Part shown: in pieces, positions 10,764 to 21,858 of the stretch
Numbering within the stretch: the stretch's first letter is position 1
How the letters are laid out: each line of letters starts with the position of its first letter
Assembly: GCA_028826165.1 (NCBI GenBank)
Contig: JAPDFW010000146.1
Location: 1 to 64,000, forward strand
Reading direction: 5' to 3'
Origin: Anaeramoeba ignava BMAN
Taxonomy: Eukaryota > Protista > Anaeramoebae
DNA: 64,000 nt
Notes under the pieces: generated by a model
Seen by the model: the letters and a program-made list of their open reading frames with translations, nothing else
Told to the model about the DNA's origin: nothing
Database searches by the model: none
Program-made: the position numbers and the translations under genes

Positions 10764-13179
10764 TTAAATATTTTGAACTCCAACTTTATCTTTGCAATAA
10801 GAACAAAATTTAATTGGGTTTTGAATTGTTTCATTATTTAAATTTGATTCAATTAAATCAGGTAAATTTCCAAAAATTTTAACACATTTTTCACAAACCA
10901 AATGTCCACATGTTAATCGTTTTTCTTGAGCTGGATGAAAACAAATTGAACAAGTATCATTTGGAAGGTAAGAACGTAAATCATGATGATCATTTATTTC
11001 TTTATTAAGAATTGCATATTGTAAATAAATTTGTTGTAATGAATTTTGAAGATTATTTGATTTTTCAATAAATTCTCGAAAATTTAAAATTGTTTCTGAA
11101 AATATTTTCTTAGATTGAGTTTCTGTTTCTGGAAATTGAAAATCTCCTTTCCATGAAATTGGTTTAGCTTTTGAGAAAATAGCTTTTAATCCTCTCATAA
11201 ATTTTCCACCTTGATGAACACAATAATCTGTATTACAATGTTCTTGTGTATGATTTCCTCTTGTAAGTGAACATTGAATTCCTTCTTTTGGTATTTTTTT
11301 CTGTGCTTTTTTACTTAAATTTCTAAAATTAGATTGAATTGATTGACAAGGTTGTTGATTTAATAATTGAGGATATAATTTATCAAAAAATTCCATTCCT
11401 TTCTTTTGATAATCTAATAATGGTGTTGCATTCATATTGATTTTAATTAAATTTTCAATTTCTTGAACTACAAATGTTATTGCAAGATGTTTTATTGCAT
11501 TTTTTTCTGATAAAAGATAATCTTCTAAACTCATTTCTTTCATTATCATTTCAAAAAAACGAAAAGAATATAAAGCTTCTTTTGAATCATAAAGTAAACA
11601 TTTTGAAAGAATTGAACTCATTCTTATATTTTCTTGGAATTCTTTAATAACAAGTTCAAATAAAATAATCCAAATAAATTGATTATAAAGAATTCCTAAT
11701 TTCTTTTTGTTTTGATTTTGTTTTTTAATAACTTGATTAATTAATTCTTTTAATCTCAATTTCTTTTTGGAATATTTCTATTGAATTTGGTTCTTCAATA
11801 TCAAAATTTGGTAAACAAAAACAATGAACTTCACTATACCATCTTAATAATTTTGGATCTTCAGGATCTTCAGCATATGCATCAAAAAAAATTTGAGTTA
11901 ATTTTTCATAATCAGTTTCATATTTTCTTGAACATTTATTTTTAACTAAAATCAAAGCTGGTTTTTCTGCTGATTGAACTTTTTGAGTTGATTTTTTTGC
12001 ATTTTTCAATAATTTTAAATAATATTTATTATCTGCAAAATCCGAAGTTGAAATAAAAACAATAACATTTGAAACCAAATAAGATAATCTAGGAAAATGT
12101 TCTTCAACTGATTTTCTTCTTTCTATTGCATATTTTTGTTCTTTGATTTGATTTTTTTTCAAAAATTTTTTTGTTTCATTATCAATATCAATAGGAACTT
12201 TTGAACTAGCTGAATTTCCTTCAAAATCCAAATATCTATAATTATTATTTGGATCATCAACAACCCATAAATTTCCAGTTGTTGGAGACATTGCTAAACT
12301 ACTTTTTATACCAATGTTAGGACTTATTCTAACATTTCCTGTTTTTCCATTAAATTTATTAGAAGTTAATAAAGCATTTATCAAAGTACTTTTTCCTGAA
12401 TGAGTATTTCCAGTAAAAGAAATTACATTTGAAATTTCATCTTTTGAAGAATTATCACGAATATGATCAACAGCAGATTGATTTATTTCCAAACCATAAA
12501 TTTCTTTTCCTTCTTTAATAAAACTTGGTTTTTTTTGAGTTGATATTTTGGCAATCATAAAATGTTCGTTTGAATATTCATTATTTTGGGGTTGTTCTTC
12601 AATTCGATGAATTTGATTATTTTGGTGATTTGAATTATTTTGATTAATTTGATTAATTGAAGGTGGAGTTTTAATTTGATTATTTTGATTATTTTGTTGT
12701 TGAGGATTTCTGTTAAATTGTCCTCGTAATCTGTTAATTCGATTATTTTGATTATTTTGATTAATTGAAGGTGGAGTTTTAATTTGATTAATTTGATTAT
12801 TTTGTTGTTGAGGATTTCTGTTAAATTGTCCTCGTAATCTGTTAATTCGATTATTTTGATTAATTTGATTAATTGGAGGTGGAGTTTTAATTTGATTATT
12901 TTGATTATTTTGTTGTTGAGGATTTCTGTTAAATTGTCCTCGTAATCTGTTAATTCGATTATTTTGATTATTTTGAGGAGGATTTTTGTTTGGAAGTTTT
13001 GGAGGTGGAGTTTTTGCTCTTTTTTTTTCATTTGGAGGTGAAGTTCTATTTGGAAGTTTTGGAGGTGGTTTTGTTGGTTTTTTAGGTGATTTTGTTGGTT
13101 TTGAAAGTGGTTTTTTATTTGAAGGATGATTTGAATTAAATTGTTCATTTGGAATATTTCTTTGTTGTTTTGGATTCAT
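10764..13179 (-). CDS. Pro/Asn/Gln-rich N-terminus + GBP/atlastin-like P-loop GTPase domain + Cys/His cluster + C-terminal C3HC4 RING finger (one frameshift at ~11755)
   Basis: G1 ISFTGNTHSGKSTLINAL, G2 PTTG, G3 YLDFEG, then LSYLVSNVIVF and LILVKNK. RING is CSIC-x10-CGH-x2-CEKC-x~29-CSYC. The paralog at ~7045 has GAA AGA (EIERLKE) where this copy has GAGA, so the two ORFs belong to one gene. Confidence 0.8.
12640..12970 (-). repeat. 3 x 108-bp coding repeat (36 aa: NNRINRLRGQFNRNPQQQNNQNNQIKTPPPINQINQ)
   Basis: TCCTCGTAATCTGTTAATTCGA recurs at 12721, 12829 and 12937. Confidence 0.95.
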
Positions 13180-14069
13180 TTTTGTTTTGTTTTGTTTTGT
13201 TTTGTAAAAGAAATTAATAAAAATAAAAGTAAAAGTAAAAGTAAAAGAAGAAGAAGAATTGAATAAAAAAAATTAAAAGGAATTAAAAGATGAATAAGAA
13301 ATGAAAAATGATCTTCTTTTTTTAATTTAATTTTTTTATTTTTTATATCTCTTTAAATTAATAAAGGAAGGCAAAAATTTTTTAATTAAATTTTTTATTT
13401 AAATTATTTATTTAATTTTACTTTTTTTAAAAATAAAAAGAAGAATAGAATTAAAATCAAAAAAAAAAAGAAGAAAGAAGAATTAAAAAGAATTAAAAAT
13501 TTATTTTTCCTCTTTTTAATTAAATTTTTTTTTTTAAAAATAAATAAAAATAAAATTATAATAAAATTAATTTATTTTTAACATTTATTTTATTTTAATT
13601 TTTATTTAAATTAAATTAATAAATAAAAATAAAAGTAAATAATTATTAAAATATTATTTATTATTTTTATATTTAAATAAATAAAAGTGGAATTTTGTTT
13701 TTTTTTTGTTTTGAAAATAAAAAGAAAGAAATAAAGAAAGAAAGGAAGAAAATGGAAATTAAAATAAAAATAATTGATAATTTAGAAATTAATTTAATTT
13801 GTGGAATTAGGGAAAATGAAAATAAAAATCGAATTATTTAATTAATTAAAAATAAAAAATTGAATTAACAAAAAAAAAGAAAAAAATATTTGTTAATCTC
13901 AATTTTTTAATAAAAATAAATTTAAATATTTAATCAATTAAAAATAATATAAAAGAAAAATTAAAATTGAAAAAATAGATTATTTTCATTCTTCTTTTTT
14001 TTTATTTTTTTATCTTTTTATCTTTTTATCTTTTTTATTTTTAAAAAATCAAAAAATCAAAAATTAATT

Positions 14070-15002
14070 ATGAATTTTCAAATATTTGTTAAAACATTAA
14101 CTGGAAGAACAATTACACTTGATGTTGATTCAAATGATTCTATTGAAAATATTAAATCAAAAATTCAAGAAAAAGAAGGAATTTCACCTGAACAACAAAG
14201 ATTAATATTTGCTGGAAAACAATTAGAAGATTCAAGAACTTTAAATGATTATTCAATTCAAAAAGATTCAACAATTCATTTAGTTTTAAGATTAAGAGGT
14301 GGAAATTTTCAAATATTTGTTAAAACATTAACTGGAAGAACAATTACTCTTGATGTTGATCCAAATGATTCTATTGAGAATATTAAATCAAAAATTCAAG
14401 AAAAAGAAGGAATTTCATCTGAACAACAAAGATTAATTTTTGCAGGAAAACAATTAGAAGATTCAAGAACATTAAATGATTATTCAATTCAAAAAGAATC
14501 AACAATTCATTTAGTTTTAAGATTAAGAGGTGGAAATTTTCAAATATTTGTTAAAACATTAACTGGAAGAACAATTACTCTTGATGTTGATTCAAATGAT
14601 TCTATTGAGAATATTAAATCAAAAATTCAAGAAAAAGAAGGAATTTCATCTGAACAACAAAGATTGATATTTGCTGGAAAACAATTAGAAGATTCAAGAA
14701 CTTTAAATGATTATTCAATTCAAAAAGATTCAACAATTCATTTAGTTTTAAGATTAAGAGGTGGAAATTTTCAAATATTTGTTAAAACATTAACTGGAAG
14801 AACAATTACACTTGATGTTGATTCAAATGATTCTATTGAGAATATTAAATCAAAAATTCAAGAAAAAGAAGGAATTTCACCTGAACAACAAAGATTAATT
14901 TTTGCAGGAAAACAATTAGAAGATTCAAGAACATTAAATGATTATTCAGTTCAAAAAGATTCAACAATTCATTTAGTTTTAAGATTAAGAGGTGGAAATT
15001 AA
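14070..15002 (+). CDS. Polyubiquitin, four divergent 77-aa units
   Basis: 4 x 231-bp repeats, each (N)[10 protein letters not shown]...HLVLRLRGG, with a final extra residue N before the stop. Confidence 0.97.
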   Translation: MNFQIFVKTLTGRTITLDVDSNDSIENIKSKIQEKEGISPEQQRLIFAGKQLEDSRTLNDYSIQKDSTIHLVLRLRGGNFQIFVKTLTGRTITLDVDPNDSIENIKSKIQEKEGISSEQQRLIFAGKQLEDSRTLNDYSIQKESTIHLVLRLRGGNFQIFVKTLTGRTITLDVDSNDSIENIKSKIQEKEGISSEQQRLIFAGKQLEDSRTLNDYSIQKDSTIHLVLRLRGGNFQIFVKTLTGRTITLDVDSNDSIENIKSKIQEKEGISPEQQRLIFAGKQLEDSRTLNDYSVQKDSTIHLVLRLRGGN

Positions 15003-15346
15003 TTTAAATTCCAAATTTTCTTTTTTTCAAATTCTCTTTTTTTTTCATTTCATTTGTTTTAAAAACAATTTTCTTTTTTGAATAAATCAATAAAAAATAA
15101 ATCAAAAAAAAAATAAATTTTATTCCACTTTTTATTCCACTTTTTTATTTTAAATAAAAGAAAAGAAAAGAAAAAGATTTTTTATTTTTTGTTTTCCAAT
15201 CAATTTTTAATTAATTATCCTTTTTCTTAAAATGAAAATGTTGAGAAAAAAAAATTTCAAAAAAAAAAAACTTCAAATGAAAAAGAAAGAAGAAAAAGAA
15301 AAGGTAACACCAAAATCAAATTATTTGATTTGTTTTTAATGATTGA

Positions 15347-17857
15347 TTAATCAGTATCAGAAAAACTTGATGTACTTGTTGAAGTTGAAGTTGAAGTTGA
15401 ATCTGAATTATGATGTTTTTTCTTTTTTTCTTTTTTCTTTTTTTCATCTTTCTTTTTTTCATCTTTCTTTTTTTCATCTTTCTTTTCGTCTTTCTTTGTT
15501 TCAACTTTTGGAGTTTCAACTTTTGGAGTTTCAACTTTTGGAGTTTCAACTTTTGGTTTTTCATCTTTTGGTTTTTCAACTTTTGGTTTTTCAACTTTTG
15601 GTTTTTCAACTTTTGGAGTTTCAACTTTTGGTTTTTCATCTTTTGGTTTTTCATCTTTCTTTGTTTCAACTTTTGGTTTTTCAACTTTTGGTTTTTCAAC
15701 TTTTGGTTTTTCATCTTTCTTTTTATCATCTTTTGGTTTTTCATCTTTTGGTTTTTCAACTTTTGGTTTTTCATCTTTTGGTTTTTCAACTTTTGGTTTT
15801 TCAACTTTTGGTTTTTCATCTTTCTTTGTTTCAACTTTTGGTTTTTCAACTTTTGGTTTTTCAACTTTTGGTTTTTCATCTTTTGGTTTTTCAACTTTTG
15901 GCTTTTCATCTTTCTTTTTATCATCTTTTGGCTTTTCATCTTTTGGTTTTTCATCTTTTGGTTTTTCAACTTTTGGTTTTTCATCTTTCTTTTTATCATC
16001 TTTCTTTTTATCATCTTTCTTTTTATCATCTTTTGGTTTTTCATCTTTTGGTTTTTCATCTTTTGGTTTTTCATCTTTTGGTTTTTCATCTTTTGGTTTT
16101 TCATCTTTTGGTTTTTCATCTTTTGGTTTTTCATCTTTTGGTTTTTCATCTTGCTCTTGAGATTCTTTTGCTTTTTTTGCTTCTAATTCTTTCTTTTTTT
16201 GGTTTTCTTTCTTTTTTTGTTTTTCAATTTTAGAAAGTTTTTTTCTTCCTTGTTTTTTTTTCTTCTCTCTTTCTTTTCTTTTTTTAAGAGATTCTTCTCT
16301 TTTCAATTTCATTTTCTTTTGGAATTCAATTGAACTATTTTCTTTAATATCAAATTTTGGTTGAAGAATTTTTTTGCGTAAATCTTGAATATCTTCCTTA
16401 GTTTTCTGACTAATAATTTCAGCAATTTGTTCGAATAATTGATTTGAATATTTCCATTTGTTTTCAAAATGTTTTTGTGATCTAAGTGTAGTTTCAAGTG
16501 CAGTTCCATGTTTTGGATCTTCAAGTTCAGGTTTAGCACCATTTGCCAAAAGATATTTAACAATATCAAGATGTCCATATAAACAAGCATTATGAATTGG
16601 GGATACTTTTTGTTGATCAAGTGCGTTTACATCAATTTTGTGAGAAACAAGCCATTCAACAATTTCTAACATTCCTGAACTGCATGCAATGTGAATTGGC
16701 ATTTCTCCATTTTGATCAAATGTATCAATTGGTATTCCCTTTTGGAAAAGAAGATCCAAAATTTCCATTTTTTCTTGATGGATTGAAACTTTCTTTTCAA
16801 CTTTCTTTTCAACTTTCTTTTCAACTTTCTTTTCATCTTTCTTTTCATCTTTTTTTTCATCTTTCTTTTCATCTTTTTTTTCATCTTTCTTTTTCTTCTT
16901 TTTCTTTTCTTTATCTGATGAATCTGAATCACTTGATTTTGATTTTGATTTTGATTTTGATTTTGACTTTGATTTTGACTTTGATTTTGACTTTGATTTT
17001 GATTTTTTTTTTTCATCTTTCTTTTCTTTTTCTTTTTCATCTTTCTTTTCTTTTTCTTTTTCATCTTTCTTTTCTTTTTCTTTTTCATCTTTCTTTTCTT
17101 TTTCTTTTTCATCTTTCTTTTCATTCTCTTTTTCATTCTCTTTTTCATTCTCTTTTGGTTTTTCTTCATCTTTTGGTTTTCTATTAAATTCTAAAGTAAC
17201 CCAATCTTTTATTAATTTACCACCCAAACAAACAACATGAATCAAAGTATAATCTTTATAATTAAAAACAGCTCCTTTATCTAAAAGCAATTTGACAACT
17301 TGAAAATTAGATAAAAAAACAGCAAGATGTAAAGGAGTTCTTCCTTTAACATCTTTTTCCTCAATTTTTGCACCATTTTCCAACAACAATTTAACAACAT
17401 TAATGTTTCTTGCGCTGCTAACAACTGCAGCATGAATTGGAGCCTTGCCTTCCTTGTCTTTTAAATTCAAATCTGCTTTAGCATTAATAAGCATATTGCA
17501 AGCTTCCTCATTTCCACCAACACAAGCAAAAATAAGTGGAGTTCTTCCATTTGAATCCTGCACATTGGGATCTGCTCCCTTCTTCAAAAGAATATCCATT
17601 GCTTCTGTGTCTTTTCCTAAGACTGCATGTTGAAGTGCTGAAAAATTTGTGTGTTTGTCAATCATATTGATATTTATTCCTGGAAAATCTAACAGAAAAT
17701 TAACTACTACATATTTTTTTTGTCTTATAGCATACACAAGTGGACTCTCATGCTCCCCATCTGTTGCATTTATTGTTTTGGGTGTGATTAATTTTTTTAA
17801 TACTATAGAATCTTCTTGATCAATTGCTTTTTGAATTTTTACTAATTTTGCCCCCAT
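15347..17857 (-). CDS. Ankyrin-repeat protein with Lys/Glu/Asp-rich inserts and a KP-K-(D/V)-E pentapeptide tail; possible N-myristoylation
   Basis: 836-aa ORF with GRTPLHLA/GEMPIHIAC/SPIHNAC ankyrin motifs, an MG start, and 15-bp coding repeats at ~15495-16150. Confidence 0.9.
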   Translation of the reverse strand: MGAKLVKIQKAIDQEDSIVLKKLITPKTINATDGEHESPLVYAIRQKKYVVVNFLLDFPGININMIDKHTNFSALQHAVLGKDTEAMDILLKKGADPNVQDSNGRTPLIFACVGGNEEACNMLINAKADLNLKDKEGKAPIHAAVVSSARNINVVKLLLENGAKIEEKDVKGRTPLHLAVFLSNFQVVKLLLDKGAVFNYKDYTLIHVVCLGGKLIKDWVTLEFNRKPKDEEKPKENEKENEKENEKKDEKEKEKKDEKEKEKKDEKEKEKKDEKEKEKKDEKKKSKSKSKSKSKSKSKSKSKSKSKSSDSDSSDKEKKKKKKKDEKKDEKKDEKKDEKKDEKKVEKKVEKKVEKKVSIHQEKMEILDLLFQKGIPIDTFDQNGEMPIHIACSSGMLEIVEWLVSHKIDVNALDQQKVSPIHNACLYGHLDIVKYLLANGAKPELEDPKHGTALETTLRSQKHFENKWKYSNQLFEQIAEIISQKTKEDIQDLRKKILQPKFDIKENSSIEFQKKMKLKREESLKKRKEREKKKKQGRKKLSKIEKQKKKENQKKKELEAKKAKESQEQDEKPKDEKPKDEKPKDEKPKDEKPKDEKPKDEKPKDEKPKDDKKKDDKKKDDKKKDEKPKVEKPKDEKPKDEKPKDDKKKDEKPKVEKPKDEKPKVEKPKVEKPKVETKKDEKPKVEKPKVEKPKDEKPKVEKPKDEKPKDDKKKDEKPKVEKPKVEKPKVETKKDEKPKDEKPKVETPKVEKPKVEKPKVEKPKDEKPKVETPKVETPKVETPKVETKKDEKKDEKKKDEKKKDEKKKKEKKKKHHNSDSTSTSTSTSTSSFSDTD

Positions 17858-18286
17858 TTTTTTGGATTTTTTTGCTCTTTTTTATTTAAATTTTTATTTA
17901 AATTTTTATTTTTATTTTTAATTATTAATTTTGATTTTATTTAGAATAACAATATATTTTTATTTTTATTTTGGTTTTTATTTAGATTTTATTAATTAAA
18001 ATAACGTAAATGGTTAATTGAAATTTATTTTTAATTGTTATTTATTTTTATTATTTATTTTTTGCTTTTTTTTTTTGTTTTTTGATTTTACTTACCAAAA
18101 CAATTATTAAAAAAAAAAAAATTTTTTCAATTAAATCCAATATTTTTTAATAATTAAAAAAAAATTAAAAGAATAATAAAAATAAATCAAAAAAAAAAAA
18201 TTTTTTCTTTTCTTTTCTTGATTAATTTGAAAATAAAAAAATGAAAAATAAAAAAAAATGAAAAAAAAAATTTAAAAAAAATTAAT

Positions 18287-20422
18287 AAAAAATTTAATAA
18301 TAATAAATTAATATTAATAATAAATTCTTTTTTAAAATTAAATTTATAAATAATTTATTAAGTAATTAATATATTTTTATATTTAATTTTTAATTTAAAA
18401 TGAAAATATTTTAAATTTAATAAAAAATTTAATAATAATAAATTAATATTAATAATAAATTCTTTTTAAAATTAAATTTATAAATAATTTATTAACTAAT
18501 TAATATATTTTTATGTATAATTTTTATTTTAAATTGAAAATATTTTAAATTTAATATAAAATTTAATAATAATAAATTAATAATAATAATAAATTCTTTT
18601 TCAAAATTAAATTTATAAATAATTTATTAAATAATTAATATATTTTTATGTTTAATTTTTAATTTAAAATGAAAATATTTTAAATTTAATATAAAATTTA
18701 ATAATAATAAATTAATATTAATAATAAATCCTTTTTAAAATTAAATTTATAAATAATTTATTAAGTAATTAATATATTTTTATATTTAATTTTTATTTTA
18801 AATGAAAATATTTTAAATTTAATATAAAATTTAATAATAATAAATTAATAATAATAATAAATTCTTTTTTAAAATTAAATTTATAAATAATTTATTAACT
18901 AATTAATATATTTTTATATTTAATTTTTAATTTAAAATGAAAATATTTTAAATTTAATATAAAAATTTAATAATAATAAATTAATATTAATAATAAATTC
19001 TTTTTAAAATTAAATTTATAAATAATTTATTAAGTAATTAATATATTTTTATATTTAATTTTTATTTTAAAATGAAAATATTTTTAAATTTAACATAAAA
19101 TTTAATAATAATAAATTAATATTAATAATAAATTCTTTTTAAAATTAAATTTATAAATAATTTATTAACTAATTAATATATTTTTATATTTAATTTTAAT
19201 TTTAAAATGAAAATATTTTAAATTTAACAAAAATTTAATAATAATAAATTAATATTAATAATAAATTCTTTTTAAAATTAAATTTATAAATAATTTATTA
19301 AGTAATTAATATATTTTTATATTTAATTTTATATTTAAATTGAAAATATTTTAATTTTAATATAAAATTTAATAATAATAAATTAATAATAATAATAAAT
19401 CCTTTTTAAAATTAAATTTATAAATAATTTATTAAGTAATTAATATATTTTTATGTTTAATTTTTAATTTAAAATGAAAATATTTTAAATTTAATATAAA
19501 ATTTAATAATAATAAATTAATATTAATAATAAATCCTTTTTAAAATTAAATTTATAAATAATTTATTAAGTAATTAATATATTTTTATATTTAATTTTTA
19601 TTTTAAAATGAAAATATTTTAAATTTAATATAAAATTTAATAATAATAAATTAATATTAATAATAAATTCTTTTTAAAATTAAATTTATAAATAATTTAT
19701 TAAACTAATTAATATATTTTTATATTTAATTTTTAATTTAAAATGAAAATATTTTAAATTTAATATAAAATTTAATAATAATAAATTAATATTAATAATA
19801 AATTCTTTTTAAAATTAAATTTATAAATAATTTATTAAGTAATTAATATATTTTTATATTTAATTTTTAATTTAAAATGAAAATATTTTAAATTTAACAT
19901 AAAATTTAATAATAATAAATTAATAATAATAATAAATTCTTTTTAAAATTAAATTTATAAATAATTTATTAACTAATTAATATATTTTTATATTTAATTT
20001 TTAATTTAAAATGAAAATATTTTAAATTTAACATAAAAATTTAATAATAATAAATTAATATTAATAATAAATTCTTTTTAAAATTAAATTTATAAATAAT
20101 TTATTAAGTAATTAATATATTTTTATATTTAATTTTTAATTTAAAATGAAAATATTTTAAATTTAATATAAAATTTAATAATAATAAATTAATATTAATA
20201 ATAAATTCTTTTTTAAAATTAAATTTATAAATAATTTATTAAGTAATTAATATATTTTTATATTTAATTTTTAATTTAAAATGAAAATATTTTAAATTTA
20301 ATATAAAATTTAATAATAATAAATTAATATTAATAATAAATTCTTTTTCAAAATTAAATTTATAAATAATTTATTAACTAATTAATATATTTTTATATTT
20401 AATTTTTAATTTAAAATGAAAA
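18287..20422. repeat. Tandem array of 16 x ~134-bp units, extremely AT-rich
   Basis: The marker C in AAATTCTTTTT recurs at 18327, 18462, 18596 ... 20208, 20343 (spacing 133-136 bp). Confidence 0.95.
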
Positions 20423-20582
20423 CTCCCTTTTTTTGCTTTTTTTTTTTAATTTTTTTTTTAATTTTTTTTTTAATTTTGTTTTTAAAAGTTTTTTTCATTT
20501 AAAAACTTAAAAGAATATCAATTTTTAGTTATGAATGGATGAAACAAAAACATATTTCATGTGCCAAACATAGTTAAATTAA

Positions 20583-21119
20583 TCATAAATTTGATTTTTT
20601 CTTTTTAATTTCTTTTCTTTTTTTATCTCTTTTCTTTTTTTTTGATCTTTGTTTTGATTTTTTGGATTCATTTTTATTAGGTGTCTTCTTATCAACTTCA
20701 TCAGAAGACTCTTGTTCATCAGAAATATATTCATCCTCTTTATTAAAACTTTCTTTATCATCAATTTTTTCCGATTCAATTTCATCCACTTTATTTTTTT
20801 CAATATCTCCATTTTTAGAAGTAAAATTTAATTTTCTAGAAATTAAATCTTGATCAACAAAAGATTTAGTTTCTTTTTCTTTTTCTTCCGACATATTTTT
20901 CTTATTCTTTTTTTTTGTATTTTGATGTGATTTTTTTAATTCTCTTGTACTACTTCTTTGCGGAGGTTGTAAATTTTTAACGGGTGTAATTTCTGGTGTT
21001 TTATTGTGTTTTCTTTTTAAATCATCTTCTTGATTTTGTTTTTCTGGTAATTGATTCGTTAATATTGATTCCACTTCTTTATTTGTTGATTCATTTTTTT
21101 CATCTTTTTTATTCATCAT
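20583..21119 (-). CDS. Hypothetical charged, low-complexity protein (178 aa; 3' end uncertain)
   Basis: ATG-initiated ORF with coding-like composition, no recognisable domain, and a Lys/Arg-rich NLS-like end. Confidence 0.5.
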   Translation of the reverse strand: MMNKKDEKNESTNKEVESILTNQLPEKQNQEDDLKRKHNKTPEITPVKNLQPPQRSSTRELKKSHQNTKKKNKKNMSEEKEKETKSFVDQDLISRKLNFTSKNGDIEKNKVDEIESEKIDDKESFNKEDEYISDEQESSDEVDKKTPNKNESKKSKQRSKKKKRDKKRKEIKKKKSNL

Positions 21120-21858
21120 TTTTTTATTTTAAATTTTTAAAAAGAATAATTGAAAAATGAAAAAAATAAAAAATTGTTTGAAATTTTTCTCTCATTAAAT
21201 TTCTAAAATGAATTAGGAATAAAATAATATTACTGAATAAAAATTTATATAAGAAATGTTTTTGATTAGTTTTATTATTCTTATATTTATTAATTTCTCT
21301 TTTTATTTTTGATATTTTTTTAAATATTTTTTTATTCAAAAAATAAATTTATTTTAATTAAAAAATTAATTTTTAATTTAATTCTTTCAAAATATTTAAT
21401 TCCAAAAAAAAAAATATTTAAATCTTTAAAAAAAAAATGTGGAACAAAAAAAAAGGAAAAAGTGAAATTTTTATTTGAATTTAAATTATCTAATCTTTTT
21501 AACTTTTAATTTTAAATTCGAAAAAAAATTGAATTCGGAAAAAAAATAATCTAAATCTAAATTTAAATAATTTAAACTTTAATTCTAATTTTAAATCATT
21601 TTTTATTTTAAAATTTAATTTTCTTTTTTAAAAAAAATTTTTTCGATCAAAATTAAAAAAAAATTAAAAAAAATTTTTGAAATGATTATTTAAATAAAAT
21701 TAAATAAAAGATTTAAAAAAGAAAATTAAATTTATGACTCAACTCTTTTTTTTTAAAAATATTATAAATTAAAAATTATTTTTATTGTTTAAAAAGAAAA
21801 ACGATCAAAAATTAAATAAAAAGAAAATTACTTTTTCTTTTTCTTTTTCTTTTTTTAA

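Noticed and set aside
15316-17187. Long overlapping ORFs on both strands (FQLLV, MKNQK, FFIFW repeats)
   Set aside because: These are shadow frames of the stop-free 12/15/24-bp coding repeats in the ankyrin gene.
18287-20422. Possible CRISPR-like array
   Set aside because: Whole units repeat with no unique spacers, no cas genes are present, and the context is eukaryotic.
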